Origin: a virus
Lineage: Duplodnaviria; Heunggongvirae; Uroviricota; Caudoviricetes
Reading direction: 5' to 3' (one strand)
Length of the DNA: 64,000 bases
Virus record (IMG/VR): IMGVR_UViG_2799112330_000002
Location: 32,001 to 96,000 of that record
Shown here: piece by piece, positions 10,048 through 20,133 of the stretch
How the letters are laid out: each line of letters opens with the position of its first letter
Numbering within the stretch: position 1 is the stretch's first letter
Notes under the pieces: model-generated
The model's database searches: none
What the model saw: only the letters and a program-made list of their open reading frames with translations
Told to the model about the DNA's origin: nothing
Translations under genes and position numbers: made by a program

Positions 10048-10897
10048 TCTTCTTATTCAATAGCATATTTTTCTTATGAGCCCAAGCATATACTTTATCC
10101 ATGAATTCTTTGTCATATGGGAATGCAGGATTATGTATAGCATACATTTTGTTTGATTCTGGGATAATCTGCCCAGGTAATTGGACAATAATACAATCAA
10201 CAACACTTCCCTTAGGGATATAGTTTTCATTTTCTAAAGCTGTCTTGTAGAAATAGACCTGCATTGTGTATGTATACCAGTTCAATGCTAACATGTCTTT
10301 ACAGGGTCCCAATAGATATCCTGTCCATGGGCTTGGCTTCTTGTCTACACTACCACTGCTCTTCCAGTCTACAATAAGATAATGCCCATTGTCAGTATTA
10401 TAGAACAATGCATCAAATCTTCCCTTTATGTAGAGATCTGTATTCGGAACATTATAATACAAAGTCTTTTCTCTTGTCACAAACTGAAGATTTGGATGTG
10501 TATCAAGTATTTCTTGTACAAATGCATCAAAAGAGCTACAAACTCCATTCAATCTTTCATCACCATCTCTATCATAGTCAAGATTGAACAGCTCTAACTC
10601 ATCTTCTTGTTTGTTCAATATCATACCAATATAGTTATCCAAAAGACTTCCATAATGGCATGATGCTGCTCCCTTAGCATTCCACATCTCACAAATCTCT
10701 TCAATAGACTTTTGGTAATATTCACTATTCGGATTGTCATGATGCTTGTTGTAAGTCTTTGTTGCAACACCTATCTGATCAAATGGTTCTTGAATCAAAC
10801 CTAATACTGTTGAAATACTAATGTATTTGTCACTTGTCGGTTTTTGTACTTCATTGATATTGTTCTCTAAACTTTCTCTAATTTCTTTTATTTCCAT
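10034..10897 (-). CDS. PD-(D/E)xK (Cas4/RecB-like) exonuclease
   Basis: SISTVL, E..L, KGRFDAL, IVDWKS, Y..QVYFY. Confidence 0.8.
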   Translation of the reverse strand: MEIKEIRESLENNINEVQKPTSDKYISISTVLGLIQEPFDQIGVATKTYNKHHDNPNSEYYQKSIEEICEMWNAKGAASCHYGSLLDNYIGMILNKQEDELELFNLDYDRDGDERLNGVCSSFDAFVQEILDTHPNLQFVTREKTLYYNVPNTDLYIKGRFDALFYNTDNGHYLIVDWKSSGSVDKKPSPWTGYLLGPCKDMLALNWYTYTMQVYFYKTALENENYIPKGSVVDCIIVQLPGQIIPESNKMYAIHNPAFPYDKEFMDKVYAWAHKKNMLLNKKNADK

Positions 10898-11008
10898 TTT
10901 TCTTTCTTCTTTTTTATTTTTTATTTCGTATTTTTTATTTCTTATTTTTTATTCTGTTATTTCTTTAACTTTATTTTAACTTTATTATATATATAAAATA
11001 GTTTTCTA

Positions 11009-11038
11009 TTGAAATAGTTTTCAATTTAACTATATTAT
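11009..11038 (+). promoter_or_regulatory. putative early promoter TTGAAA-N16-TATATT
   Basis: motif family shared with 4551, 13495 and 54682. Confidence 0.5.
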
Positions 11039-11068
11039 TATTGTAATTAATATTAAAATTTAAGGATT

Positions 11069-11692
11069 ATGTATACTACAAGAGACATCACATTGGTTAC
11101 TCGCAACATTGATTGCTCAAACATTACTGTAGAGCAGTTCATTTCTGCAATGTTTTCAGATTTCCTTGAGGCTGAGGAGAAGTACAATGAGCTTTATGTT
11201 CCGGAATGGGAAGCTTCGAAGGTCAGGTCCTTTGAACGTTATATGAAATGGGCTAAAGAACATGCTATCAAGTTTGCGGAAAAGACTTGGAAGACCGAGA
11301 AACGTCGTAATCTTTTCATTACTACGGAAGTAAAGAAGGCCCGCGAATCTTATAATTGGCCTGATTATTATTATAGTCTTTCATTCTTTGATTTTGATGT
11401 TAATCCAGGCCATAATGGTCTCTCAGGTAACTGTTGCATCTCTTATAAAGAATTAACTCCACGAGCTTTGGAACGTTGTTTCAATGAGGTAAAGGACAAT
11501 AAGTACTTCAAGAAAGCTCATGGATGGATGCTCACTTATAATGCTTGTGAAGGTTCTTACCAGAACAATTCTCGTCCACAGATTAAGCTTATTGTAGATG
11601 CAGAAACTGATGCTCAAATGAAAAAGGATGCTCAGGATCTTGCAGATTCAATCCGCGAGTTCTATAAGGACTGTCACTACTGGGGAGACTAA
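11069..11692 (+). CDS. hypothetical protein ending YWGD, apparent paralog of 35996..36745
   Basis: 207-aa ORF; alignable C-terminal half. Confidence 0.7.
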   Translation: MYTTRDITLVTRNIDCSNITVEQFISAMFSDFLEAEEKYNELYVPEWEASKVRSFERYMKWAKEHAIKFAEKTWKTEKRRNLFITTEVKKARESYNWPDYYYSLSFFDFDVNPGHNGLSGNCCISYKELTPRALERCFNEVKDNKYFKKAHGWMLTYNACEGSYQNNSRPQIKLIVDAETDAQMKKDAQDLADSIREFYKDCHYWGD

Positions 11693-11735
11693 TATATACT
11701 CCCCATTATATATAAATTAATTAAAATTATTCATT

Positions 11736-11951
11736 ATGTATAACAATAGTTTTTTCATAGGATGCTTGTCAATCCTGCTTATTATAGTTGCTTTAGGAGC
11801 TATTGAAGGTCTTGTTCTTATGCTTTTGTGGAATTGGCTTGCTCCATTGTTCTGGTCAAATGCTCCAATATTGTCATTCTGGCAAGCATGGGGAATATTG
11901 GTATTGTTGAATTTGATTTTCTCACCATTCAAGAGTTCATCTAACAAATAA
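11736..11951 (+). CDS. small membrane protein
   Basis: two hydrophobic segments, LWNW..P and LSFWQAWG motifs. Confidence 0.7.
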   Translation: MYNNSFFIGCLSILLIIVALGAIEGLVLMLLWNWLAPLFWSNAPILSFWQAWGILVLLNLIFSPFKSSSNK

Positions 11952-11963
11952 AACATAAATAAT

Positions 11964-13280
11964 ATGATTGAATTAGTTGGAAAATATACAACCGCAAGGA
12001 TATATGCTGAAACTATTGAAGAAGGCGTATATTCTCAGGTCTATGATATAATAAATTGCAAGGCATTTGAAGGACAGAAAGTTGTCTGTATGCCTGATGT
12101 ACATGTAGGAGCAAGTGGCCCATGTGGACTTGTTGCTACAATTGGTGATTATGTTTGCCCTGAGCATGTTGGAGTAGACATAGGCTGTCGTGTATCTATG
12201 ATCTTGCTTGACAAATGTCTGCCTAAGGATAAATACGCAGAGTTTGAACGAAGACTAAAGAATAGTATTCCAACAGGATTCAATATCAATAAGAAAACAG
12301 TTTTTGATGAAAAGGAATTCTATAAGTTTTTGTCGCAAGGATTTCAGAAGTATAGAAACTATTGGCCAGAGATGTTGGCAGATCTACCATCACAGGTAAC
12401 TGAGAAATGGATATCTGATGTATGCAGAAGAATTGGGCTTGATGAAGGTGTGTTCTATCATTCTATTTGTTCAATTGGTGGTGGTAATCATTATGAAGAA
12501 TACGGGGAGACTGAAGACGGTAATCTGGCTGGATTCTCTGTTCATTGTGGTTCTCGTAATTTTGGTCTTAAGATCTGTAAATATTGGACAAATCTAGCAA
12601 AAGGCGGTGCATTGTCAAAGTCAGAAATCAAGGATTTTACCAAAGAATTCAAGAAGACTTATTTAAAGACTCATGAGAATATGACTAACTTCAAGAAGGA
12701 CTTAAATAAGTTTATTGAATCTAAAAAGGAAGGACATATTGACGGCTATCTGACAGGTGACAATATGAAGGGGTATCTTTGCGATATGGCTTTGGGAGAA
12801 CTTTATGCTGAATGGAATCATAAGTGCTTGTTACAGAAAGCTACAGAACTGCTTAAGAAATATAATATAAAGCCAATCAGAACAATCTCATCTGTACATA
12901 ACTTCATAGATTTACATGATCATACACTACGTAAGTCATCAATTCGTTCTTATGAAGGTGAAGAGATGCTTGTCCCATTCAATATGAGAGATGGAGTAGC
13001 TATTTGTGAAGGTTTATCAAATCCTGACTGGTTGAATTCGTGTGCTCATGGTGCTGGTCGTAAGATGTCTCGTTCAAAAGCAAAAGCAAACATCTCTATG
13101 GATGAATTCAAAGAATCTATGAAAGATGTATATTCTACAACAGTTTGCAAAGGAACAATTGATGAATCACCTATGGCTTACAAAGATACTGATGAGATAA
13201 AGGATTTGATACAGGAAACTTGCAAGATCAAATTCATGATGATCCCAAAGATCAATATAAAGGCAACGGATGGAGAGTGA
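11964..13280 (+). CDS. rtcB: RtcB RNA ligase
   Basis: MPDVHVG, GVDIGC, GGGNHY, HCGSR, HNFID, HGAGRKMSR, DESPMAYK. Confidence 0.95.
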   Translation: MIELVGKYTTARIYAETIEEGVYSQVYDIINCKAFEGQKVVCMPDVHVGASGPCGLVATIGDYVCPEHVGVDIGCRVSMILLDKCLPKDKYAEFERRLKNSIPTGFNINKKTVFDEKEFYKFLSQGFQKYRNYWPEMLADLPSQVTEKWISDVCRRIGLDEGVFYHSICSIGGGNHYEEYGETEDGNLAGFSVHCGSRNFGLKICKYWTNLAKGGALSKSEIKDFTKEFKKTYLKTHENMTNFKKDLNKFIESKKEGHIDGYLTGDNMKGYLCDMALGELYAEWNHKCLLQKATELLKKYNIKPIRTISSVHNFIDLHDHTLRKSSIRSYEGEEMLVPFNMRDGVAICEGLSNPDWLNSCAHGAGRKMSRSKAKANISMDEFKESMKDVYSTTVCKGTIDESPMAYKDTDEIKDLIQETCKIKFMMIPKINIKATDGE

Positions 13281-13327
13281 TATCTTTATGTATCATTTTC
13301 ATAACAAAAGAAAACAATACAAAAAAA

Positions 13328-13489
13328 ATGAAAATTATAACAATCAAAAATCATAAAGGGGAAACTTGTGACTATCGTCCTTATATTGATATAGATATAA
13401 ATGAAGAGGTAGAGAATATGCAGAAGCTTATAGATAAATGTAAGCAAAAAATGTATGAAACTACAGGAATCCCCAAAAATAGAATTTAA
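13328..13489 (+). CDS. small hypothetical protein
   Basis: ATG at 13328 after an A-run, within track ORF 13220..13489. Confidence 0.5.
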   Translation: MKIITIKNHKGETCDYRPYIDIDINEEVENMQKLIDKCKQKMYETTGIPKNRI

Positions 13490-13494
13490 ATTTG

Positions 13495-13524
13495 TTGAAT
13501 ATTATGTATTTTTTACTATATTAT
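13495..13524 (+). promoter_or_regulatory. putative early promoter TTGAAT-N16-TATATT
   Basis: motif family. Confidence 0.5.
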
Positions 13525-13609
13525 ATATGTAATTAAAATATAAAATTTCACAAGCTATTGAAACATTGTATCATATGAAAGAATGTGGAAAATTTAAAAA
13601 GTAAAAAAT

Positions 13610-13909
13610 ATGAAAATTTTATTTGAAAAATATGATATAGCATCAAGAGATTTGTGTCAGATATCAAATCGTATATCATCTGTTGTAACTAATTATATAA
13701 AAGAAACAGTTGGATTTGCTGGTGAAGCCGGTGATAAGAATAATATTGGCAAAACTAATCCTTATGAAATTGGTTGGATTATATTAGATAATGATACAAT
13801 TCAAATTTCATATAGCCCATATAAAGATCAATGGCTTGATTATTGGGATGATGAAAAGTATATTAAAGTGAAGTATGATGAATTGATGAAATATGAGCAG
13901 GTTTACTAA
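13610..13909 (+). CDS. hypothetical protein
   Basis: 99-aa ORF in co-oriented cluster. Confidence 0.65.
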   Translation: MKILFEKYDIASRDLCQISNRISSVVTNYIKETVGFAGEAGDKNNIGKTNPYEIGWIILDNDTIQISYSPYKDQWLDYWDDEKYIKVKYDELMKYEQVY

Positions 13910-14114
13910 ACGTAGAAAGCAATTTCGTAAAAATCAAGAAATTAGCTTAAAACAAAAGGAAGAGAATTCTAAGAAATTTGAGAAAGCAATGCAAGATCAT
14001 ATTGAGACATGCAGGATTATTAAAAAAAATTATCCTGGGTTTGATAATATGAAGCCTGAAAACGCACTTAAATTATATAATGAAATATATAATGAAGTTC
14101 ATGTTAAAAAATAG
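13893..14114 (+). CDS. hypothetical basic protein
   Basis: 73-aa ORF overlapping the previous stop. Confidence 0.55.
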   Translation: MSRFTKRRKQFRKNQEISLKQKEENSKKFEKAMQDHIETCRIIKKNYPGFDNMKPENALKLYNEIYNEVHVKK

Positions 14115-14135
14115 AATAGAACAAATAAAACATAT

Positions 14136-14513
14136 TTGATTATGAGCAAGAAACTTACAAAATCACAGATTAGAGAGCATGAAAGACAAAAACTAGTAAA
14201 GCAATTAGAGCATAAATACTCTTCATATATTGATCTTGCTACATTATATAAAGAACTTTGGCATAAAACAACAAATGAATTAGGTAAGCTTCGTCAAGAA
14301 TATGATATTATCAAAGGAAAGAATGCTGAGCTTGAAGAGTCTGTTCGTAATTATAAAGATTGGGTAAGACGTATGCAAGAATTCATGGATCTTCCAGAGG
14401 AACAACGTTCTGAAGCGTTCAAAGAATATTGTGATTCATTGAAAAGTTCCAAAAGATTTCATGAGATGACAGATGCATATATAAGTATGATTGATAGATT
14501 TTTTGTATTGTAA
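14136..14513 (+). CDS. hypothetical coiled-coil protein (start probably 14142)
   Basis: heptad-rich ORF. Confidence 0.65.
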   Translation: MIMSKKLTKSQIREHERQKLVKQLEHKYSSYIDLATLYKELWHKTTNELGKLRQEYDIIKGKNAELEESVRNYKDWVRRMQEFMDLPEEQRSEAFKEYCDSLKSSKRFHEMTDAYISMIDRFFVL

Positions 14514-14531
14514 AAATATTTTTATGATTTT

Positions 14532-15212
14532 ATGAAGATAGCAGCTATTAGTGACATGCATGGAATTCTTGATTTCAACATTGAGAAGTCAGATATTCTA
14601 TTTATTTGTGGAGACATTGTTCCACTTAAGATACAAGGTTATAGTAAAGAATCTAAGAGATGGTTTAAGAACACATTTATTTCTTGGTGCAAGAACCAGC
14701 CAGTAAATGATATATATCTTGTTGGTGGTAATCATGACTGGTGGATCTATAGACATCCAGAGCAAGTAAAAGAATGTTGTAAAGAACTTCCGAATCTACA
14801 TTATCTGTTAGATGAAGAAGCAGTCTATATGGATGAAGATGGAACAGCTTATAAGATCTATGGTACTCCTTGGTGTCATCAGTTTGGAGACTGGGCATTT
14901 ATGGGCTATTCTGATAATGCATTAGCTCAAAAGTTTATGAATATGGGAGATGACATTGATTTCCTAATCACTCATGATGCTCCCTATGGGGTATCAGATA
15001 TTTGTGATTCATTTTGGAATAGAGGTGAGCATATAGGTAGTCATGGGCTTGCTTATGCTATTGCTCAAAGACAACCCAAATATAATTTTCATGGACACCT
15101 GCATTCTTCTAATCATGGATGTGAAATGCTTGAAAATACACAAGTTTATAATGTGTCAATGATTAATGAGCAATACAAGTTAAGATACTATCCGTTGTAT
15201 TTGGAGCTCTAA
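14532..15212 (+). CDS. calcineurin-like metallophosphoesterase
   Basis: SDMHG, CGD, GNHD, THDAP, GHLH. Confidence 0.9.
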   Translation: MKIAAISDMHGILDFNIEKSDILFICGDIVPLKIQGYSKESKRWFKNTFISWCKNQPVNDIYLVGGNHDWWIYRHPEQVKECCKELPNLHYLLDEEAVYMDEDGTAYKIYGTPWCHQFGDWAFMGYSDNALAQKFMNMGDDIDFLITHDAPYGVSDICDSFWNRGEHIGSHGLAYAIAQRQPKYNFHGHLHSSNHGCEMLENTQVYNVSMINEQYKLRYYPLYLEL

Positions 15213-15239
15213 CAAAATTATTTTATATATATAATAAGA

Positions 15240-15533
15240 ATGATTGATGATAAAAAGATAAGAAAAGAACTTGTTAGCTTTATAGGAAAGAAAAACTTGA
15301 AGATGTTAGCTAAGTTCTATAAAGAACATAAACTACTGTTTCCACCAATTGTAGAAGATGGAATAATCATATATACAAGACAAGTCTATGGAGATGCAAT
15401 TAGTAATCATATAAATGAAAAGTTTCATATTCATCCTGACATAATTGAAGACTGGACAGAATTTGATGACTACATCTACTACACATTGATTGATATATTG
15501 CAAGAAAAGAAATATATTAAAGAAAACTGTTAA
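15240..15533 (+). CDS. hypothetical protein
   Basis: 97-aa ORF. Confidence 0.6.
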   Translation: MIDDKKIRKELVSFIGKKNLKMLAKFYKEHKLLFPPIVEDGIIIYTRQVYGDAISNHINEKFHIHPDIIEDWTEFDDYIYYTLIDILQEKKYIKENC

Positions 15534-15688
15534 AAAATTAACATAAATTAATTTTGAGGCGGTTTTCTATAGAAATCACATAATTTCTTATAACTTAGAA
15601 ATACCTATGGTTATTTTAAAATATAAATAATAAGTATATACCGGACACTTATTATTTGCCATAAATATATCTAAAGTTATAAGAAATT

Positions 15689-16075
15689 ATGAAAAAGTTT
15701 TTATTAGTTTTAGTATTTGCATTAGCTTTCGGATTGCAGTCTTTTGCTAATGATAAATTTACAGTAGATGACAAAATAGAATATTTGACTAATGATTCTA
15801 TTGTCATGACAAGTATCAACAAATCTATCAATCGTTATCTTAATATCAAAGATGATCAGATATTATTCTATGATATATTTAACGATATGTATGATTACAT
15901 TAATGTTCTAGACAAAGAACAGGATAAGATTGTCAAAGAATTCAATATGCATCTAAAGCATGACTTAAATTTAAGTAAGATGATTCTTGATGATACTCAG
16001 TATAAGAAGTATCTTCTAGTTTTGAATCAGACTCTTTATAATAAAGATCTTCTTAAATATATTAATAATAATTAA
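15689..16075 (+). CDS. secreted/periplasmic protein resembling a Bacteroidota family
   Basis: signal peptide MKKFLLVLVFALAFGLQSFA; C-terminus IL...QYKKYL.VLN.TL.N. Confidence 0.7.
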   Translation: MKKFLLVLVFALAFGLQSFANDKFTVDDKIEYLTNDSIVMTSINKSINRYLNIKDDQILFYDIFNDMYDYINVLDKEQDKIVKEFNMHLKHDLNLSKMILDDTQYKKYLLVLNQTLYNKDLLKYINNN

Positions 16076-16121
16076 GTTTTGTCATGGAGAATAAAAATAT
16101 TGAAAAAAGAACTAATTGTGG

Positions 16122-16159
16122 ATGTATGGTAGGTCTTTTTGATCTATCATACATTTTTT
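16122..16159 (+). terminator. intrinsic terminator
   Basis: ATGTATGGTAGGTC/GATCTATCATACAT stem (G-U pairs) plus T-run at a convergent junction. Confidence 0.6.
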
Positions 16160-16167
16160 CTTTGTTC

Positions 16168-18657
16168 TTATCTCATTGCAGCCATCATTGCTCTGTATTC
16201 TTCCATGTCTTCACAGAACTGTTTATATTTAGCAGTCTGTTCTAATAATGGTATTTGAGCCAAAGTCATTACAATATCATCATGCCCATAAGATGCTGCA
16301 TAGTTTCCATTTCCTGACTTGTCTTCAAAGTTCTCTATTTCTGTTATTGTGAAATAGTCATATATTACAAGATAACCATTTTCTAATATAAGTTTCAACA
16401 ATGAACATGCTGTCTGTTTATTTGATCCATTGAATCTTACACCAGGTATTTGTTTTGTTTTCTTGACTTTTGTTCCTCCTTCATCAACTTCAAACTTCAT
16501 CTTATATCTTACTATAGCTGTTGTATCAAATTCTTCTGCAATGTTGAATCTCCACCCATATTCTCTTTTGTATTCTTCTTCATTGAGATTCAACAGATAT
16601 TGGAAGAACAATGCTCCATAAGTATTCCATTCTATACTATATATGCAATGATCAGGATTGTCTCTGAACAATTGAGAGAATAGAAGCCAGAATTCAAGTG
16701 CAGCAAGTTCAAGATTCACTTTATTAGAATGCCAATACCCAACCTGTTCATATCTGTTCTTTTCTTTAAGTTCTAATATATTGAATGTTGTATAGTCATT
16801 TCCTCCACCTTCAGCAAGATCAACTAATACTATATAGAACCCATAGTCAAATCTAGAAAAATCATAATTGGGATTAAGATATAGACAATCAGAATATAAT
16901 ATAGAAATGTCAAATGTGAACTCAATATTATGCTCATCATGGAAATATTTGATAAGAGATGGTATGTTCAGGAACTTTACTTCCGAATCATGCAGTTCTT
17001 CAAGCTTTACACGATTGACAATACATTTGTCACTTGCTGAGAATTGTGTTCCGTATTGATAGTAGAAGTTTGCTTCACCACCAAGAATACCAACCATCTT
17101 CTCTTTCCATTCATTTGTACGTTTCTCCCATTGATGTGTGTCCATATTGTAGTTAGGTACTTGATCCCAATCGACTTTGAATGGAGCATAACCATTCCAA
17201 TCTTTACCGATTTCATTAGCACCTTTCCATAATGTATAGAAGAAATTGAAACCGTTTTGAGTAGACATTATACATACATTTGAGTCAGGCATTGTTGTGA
17301 TAGTAGGAATGATGTTCATATAGAACAATTCTACTTCATTGTTTGGACACCACGCAAACTCATCAAGAATAAGAAAATTAATTGTCTTACCAAGACCTGC
17401 TGTTGGAGAGAAAGCTTCAGTAGCAATTTTAGAGTTATTGTCAAAAGCAATCTCATGCTGATTCCATTTGTATATACCAGGCTTGAGATAATATGGGAGA
17501 TTCAAGAACATATCTTTTATCTTTGACAATAAGTCAATACCTGCGGGGCCAGACTTGGAAAGAATAAGTCCTGATTTGTCTATGCTAAATAATATCTTCC
17601 AAAGACAATATATAGCTGTTGTAGTAGAATTATGACTTAAAATACCATTTGAATAAAATCTATGATTATGATCATTAACACAAGTATCACACATAGATAT
17701 CTTTTGAGATTTATATTCAATATTTATTACTTCTTGAAGACCTTGATCAGTTTGAATATAATCATGAATTTTCAAATCTTGTACATATATTTCTTTAAAG
17801 TCTTTATTAAAAACCCTATGTTCATCTGCACAATTCAATTGATAACCATTTTTAAGAGTTATTATATATTGTTCAAATGGTTTTGTTATTGTTATACATG
17901 ATAAAGGCTTAAAACCAGTATCCGATAATATTTCTATATTATTTAAATCTATTTCATCAATAGTCTTATAATTATCTAATAGTTTTTCTTTCTTAATATA
18001 ATGATAATCTATATAATCTAATAATGAAATAAGTTTAAAGCATATATTAATTATATTTATTTTCTTTTTCCCCTTATAAGTTAATTTATACATCAATTTA
18101 TATAAAGAATATTTAAGTTTCCATATTAATGAATGATTACAATACAAATTATATAATTCAAAAATAGGTAAACAATATATATTATCCTTTATATAATAAT
18201 GAAGTATCTTTTTAACTTCTGGACAATTTTCTTTATTAAATTTAACGGTAATATTTGACAAGAGGTTAAGAGATTTTCCAGACTGTCTTGCTGCTAATAG
18301 GATACTGAATCTATTATTCTGTAAATGCTCTAGATAGTCTTCCTGATAGTCTCTTAACTTACAAGGCTTTAATCCTTCAGGTGACATAAGATAGCATTTA
18401 GAAGCAAAATAGACAACATCCTGCATACAATGGATATAGTCTTCTATCTCTTCATCTGTACGACGAAATACCAGTTCTGGCTTAAGCAGTCTTGTATTAT
18501 TTCCAATGAATGGGTTCACTTTAAGAGGAAGACCTTGCTTCATAGCATCAACTGCTTTGTCTAATGCCTTTGTCGTCCATATTACTTGCTTAGCTTGATC
18601 ATTACCTTTTAGTTCTTTTACCGGATCAAATTCATATTCAAATTCTTTCTTTGACAT
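16168..18657 (-). CDS. gp17: terminase large subunit (T4 gp17-like) containing an intein
   Basis: LRDYQ, ARQSGK[S] Walker A, LILDEFAW Walker B, MSTQNG, VDLAEGGGNDY, HDDIVM. Confidence 0.92.
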   Translation of the reverse strand: MSKKEFEYEFDPVKELKGNDQAKQVIWTTKALDKAVDAMKQGLPLKVNPFIGNNTRLLKPELVFRRTDEEIEDYIHCMQDVVYFASKCYLMSPEGLKPCKLRDYQEDYLEHLQNNRFSILLAARQSGKSLNLLSNITVKFNKENCPEVKKILHYYIKDNIYCLPIFELYNLYCNHSLIWKLKYSLYKLMYKLTYKGKKKINIINICFKLISLLDYIDYHYIKKEKLLDNYKTIDEIDLNNIEILSDTGFKPLSCITITKPFEQYIITLKNGYQLNCADEHRVFNKDFKEIYVQDLKIHDYIQTDQGLQEVINIEYKSQKISMCDTCVNDHNHRFYSNGILSHNSTTTAIYCLWKILFSIDKSGLILSKSGPAGIDLLSKIKDMFLNLPYYLKPGIYKWNQHEIAFDNNSKIATEAFSPTAGLGKTINFLILDEFAWCPNNEVELFYMNIIPTITTMPDSNVCIMSTQNGFNFFYTLWKGANEIGKDWNGYAPFKVDWDQVPNYNMDTHQWEKRTNEWKEKMVGILGGEANFYYQYGTQFSASDKCIVNRVKLEELHDSEVKFLNIPSLIKYFHDEHNIEFTFDISILYSDCLYLNPNYDFSRFDYGFYIVLVDLAEGGGNDYTTFNILELKEKNRYEQVGYWHSNKVNLELAALEFWLLFSQLFRDNPDHCIYSIEWNTYGALFFQYLLNLNEEEYKREYGWRFNIAEEFDTTAIVRYKMKFEVDEGGTKVKKTKQIPGVRFNGSNKQTACSLLKLILENGYLVIYDYFTITEIENFEDKSGNGNYAASYGHDDIVMTLAQIPLLEQTAKYKQFCEDMEEYRAMMAAMR
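17629..18273 (-). mobile_element. mini-intein (about 215 aa) inserted in the terminase Walker A
   Basis: GK|SLNLLSNITV...CADEHRVF...DTCVNDHNHRFYSNGILSHN|STTT; even more AT-rich than its flanks; no LAGLIDADG seen. Confidence 0.88.
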
Positions 18658-18862
18658 ATAAAACTATACAATAATTGAATAAGTTAATTTTGTTATTTAA
18701 TAATTAATAATAATATTATTTAACTTATCCAGTTATTGTATATATACGTTAAAATCATCATAAATGATAGACCCTCATCTAAAATATTGGAGATATTAGT
18801 TTATATGTCTTTTATAGTTGAAGGGAATCTGGATGAAGAGAGGGCCATCTGTGTGAATATTT

Positions 18863-19084
18863 CTAATCAATCCGCAATTCAATACATTGACACTCATGAT
18901 CAAAGGTCATTTTTGCCCTTTGTACAACTTCACATATATCATCATAGATAACAGAATTAACATAGGGAGACTTCGATACCCATATACCTAATTCAGTATT
19001 CTTTGTCGGTTCTTCAGTAAACATGACAACTTTTCCATTCTTGTTTACAGCAAACCATATCATTTGAGAAGTATATTCTTTCAT
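18863..19084 (-). CDS. hypothetical protein
   Basis: 73 aa, WFAVNKNG...F...P phage-like motif; ACTATATT upstream on the minus strand. Confidence 0.6.
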   Translation of the reverse strand: MKEYTSQMIWFAVNKNGKVVMFTEEPTKNTELGIWVSKSPYVNSVIYDDICEVVQRAKMTFDHECQCIELRID

Positions 19085-19201
19085 AAAAACATGTTTAATA
19101 AATAATGATTATAATCAATATAGTCATTTCTAGTTTTTATTTTTAATATATAGTATATAAATATATATAGAGGAGCAAAATATATATTTATACTACATGT
19201 T

Positions 19202-19600
19202 ATGTTAAATGAATCTTTAAATATAGTTACAAAATGTATTATGAGTGCGAATAAAAAAGGTTTTTTCAGAAAACTAATGGATAAAAATGATCCTGAAATA
19301 GCTGCAAGTAACTTCTTTGTTATTTGTGTATTAGCTATTGGACTAGTATTGTTAGCTGTTCCTATCTTTGCCCTTATTATTGAGGCTTGGTTTAATCATA
19401 CTATTAGTACTGATCTTAATGGAATGGCTGCTTATATCATGGCTGTTGCTGCAATATTTACTTCTGCTGGCATCACAAAAATAGGTGTGCATTATACTGA
19501 CAACAAATATCTTGAAAGTAGAATGAAAGAAAGAGAATTTGAAAGAAGAGAAGATAATTGTGGTGAGGAAGAACATAATGAAGAAATAATTAGTGATTAA
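19202..19600 (+). CDS. two-TM membrane protein, holin-like
   Basis: two hydrophobic helices, charged C-tail; late motif at 19137. Confidence 0.55.
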   Translation: MLNESLNIVTKCIMSANKKGFFRKLMDKNDPEIAASNFFVICVLAIGLVLLAVPIFALIIEAWFNHTISTDLNGMAAYIMAVAAIFTSAGITKIGVHYTDNKYLESRMKEREFERREDNCGEEEHNEEIISD

Positions 19601-19602
19601 AT

Positions 19603-20133
19603 ATGAAGAAATTAAATCAGTTCATAGCAGAAAAGTTTAGGATATCAAAAGATAATCTTGAACCTCATTACAATTATCAACCTAAGACAAAAAATGAACT
19701 AAAACAATTAGCAGATAAATTAATTAAAGAAAGAGGCAATGATGCTGATCTAAATGATATAGATACTTCGGAAATTACTGATATGTCTTCCATGTTTGAA
19801 GATTCAAAGTTTAATGGAGATATATCTAATTGGGATGTATCAAAAGTCAAAGACATGGAAGCAATGTTTGCTAGTTCTGAATTCAATGGAGATATATCTA
19901 ACTGGGATGTAAGTAAGGTTAAAAATATGAATAGGATGTTTTGGGGAACAAAATTTAACGGAGATATTTCTCAATGGGATGTAAGTAATGTTGAAGAAAT
20001 GTTTGGCATGTTTAGTTATTCTGAATTTAATGGTGATATTTCTCAATGGGATGTTAGCAATGTTGAAAATATGGGATGGGTGTTTAATTTTTGCCCATTA
20101 CATAAGAATCCACCAAAATGGTATAAAGAATAA
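19603..20133 (+). CDS. DUF285/BspA-like repeat protein with leader (4 x 24-aa repeats)
   Basis: MKKLNQFIAEKFRISKDNL; DLNDIDTSEITDM; FNGDIS.WDVS.V..M..MF repeats. Confidence 0.85.
   Translation: MKKLNQFIAEKFRISKDNLEPHYNYQPKTKNELKQLADKLIKERGNDADLNDIDTSEITDMSSMFEDSKFNGDISNWDVSKVKDMEAMFASSEFNGDISNWDVSKVKNMNRMFWGTKFNGDISQWDVSNVEEMFGMFSYSEFNGDISQWDVSNVENMGWVFNFCPLHKNPPKWYKE

Noticed and set aside
10034-10897. Cas4-like nuclease as part of a CRISPR system
   Set aside because: Stand-alone PD-(D/E)xK exonucleases are common in phages; no array or other cas genes are nearby.
10898-11000. T-rich tract as an origin or ncRNA
   Set aside because: Low-complexity A-rich leader of the minus-strand gene; no iterons or stable structure seen.
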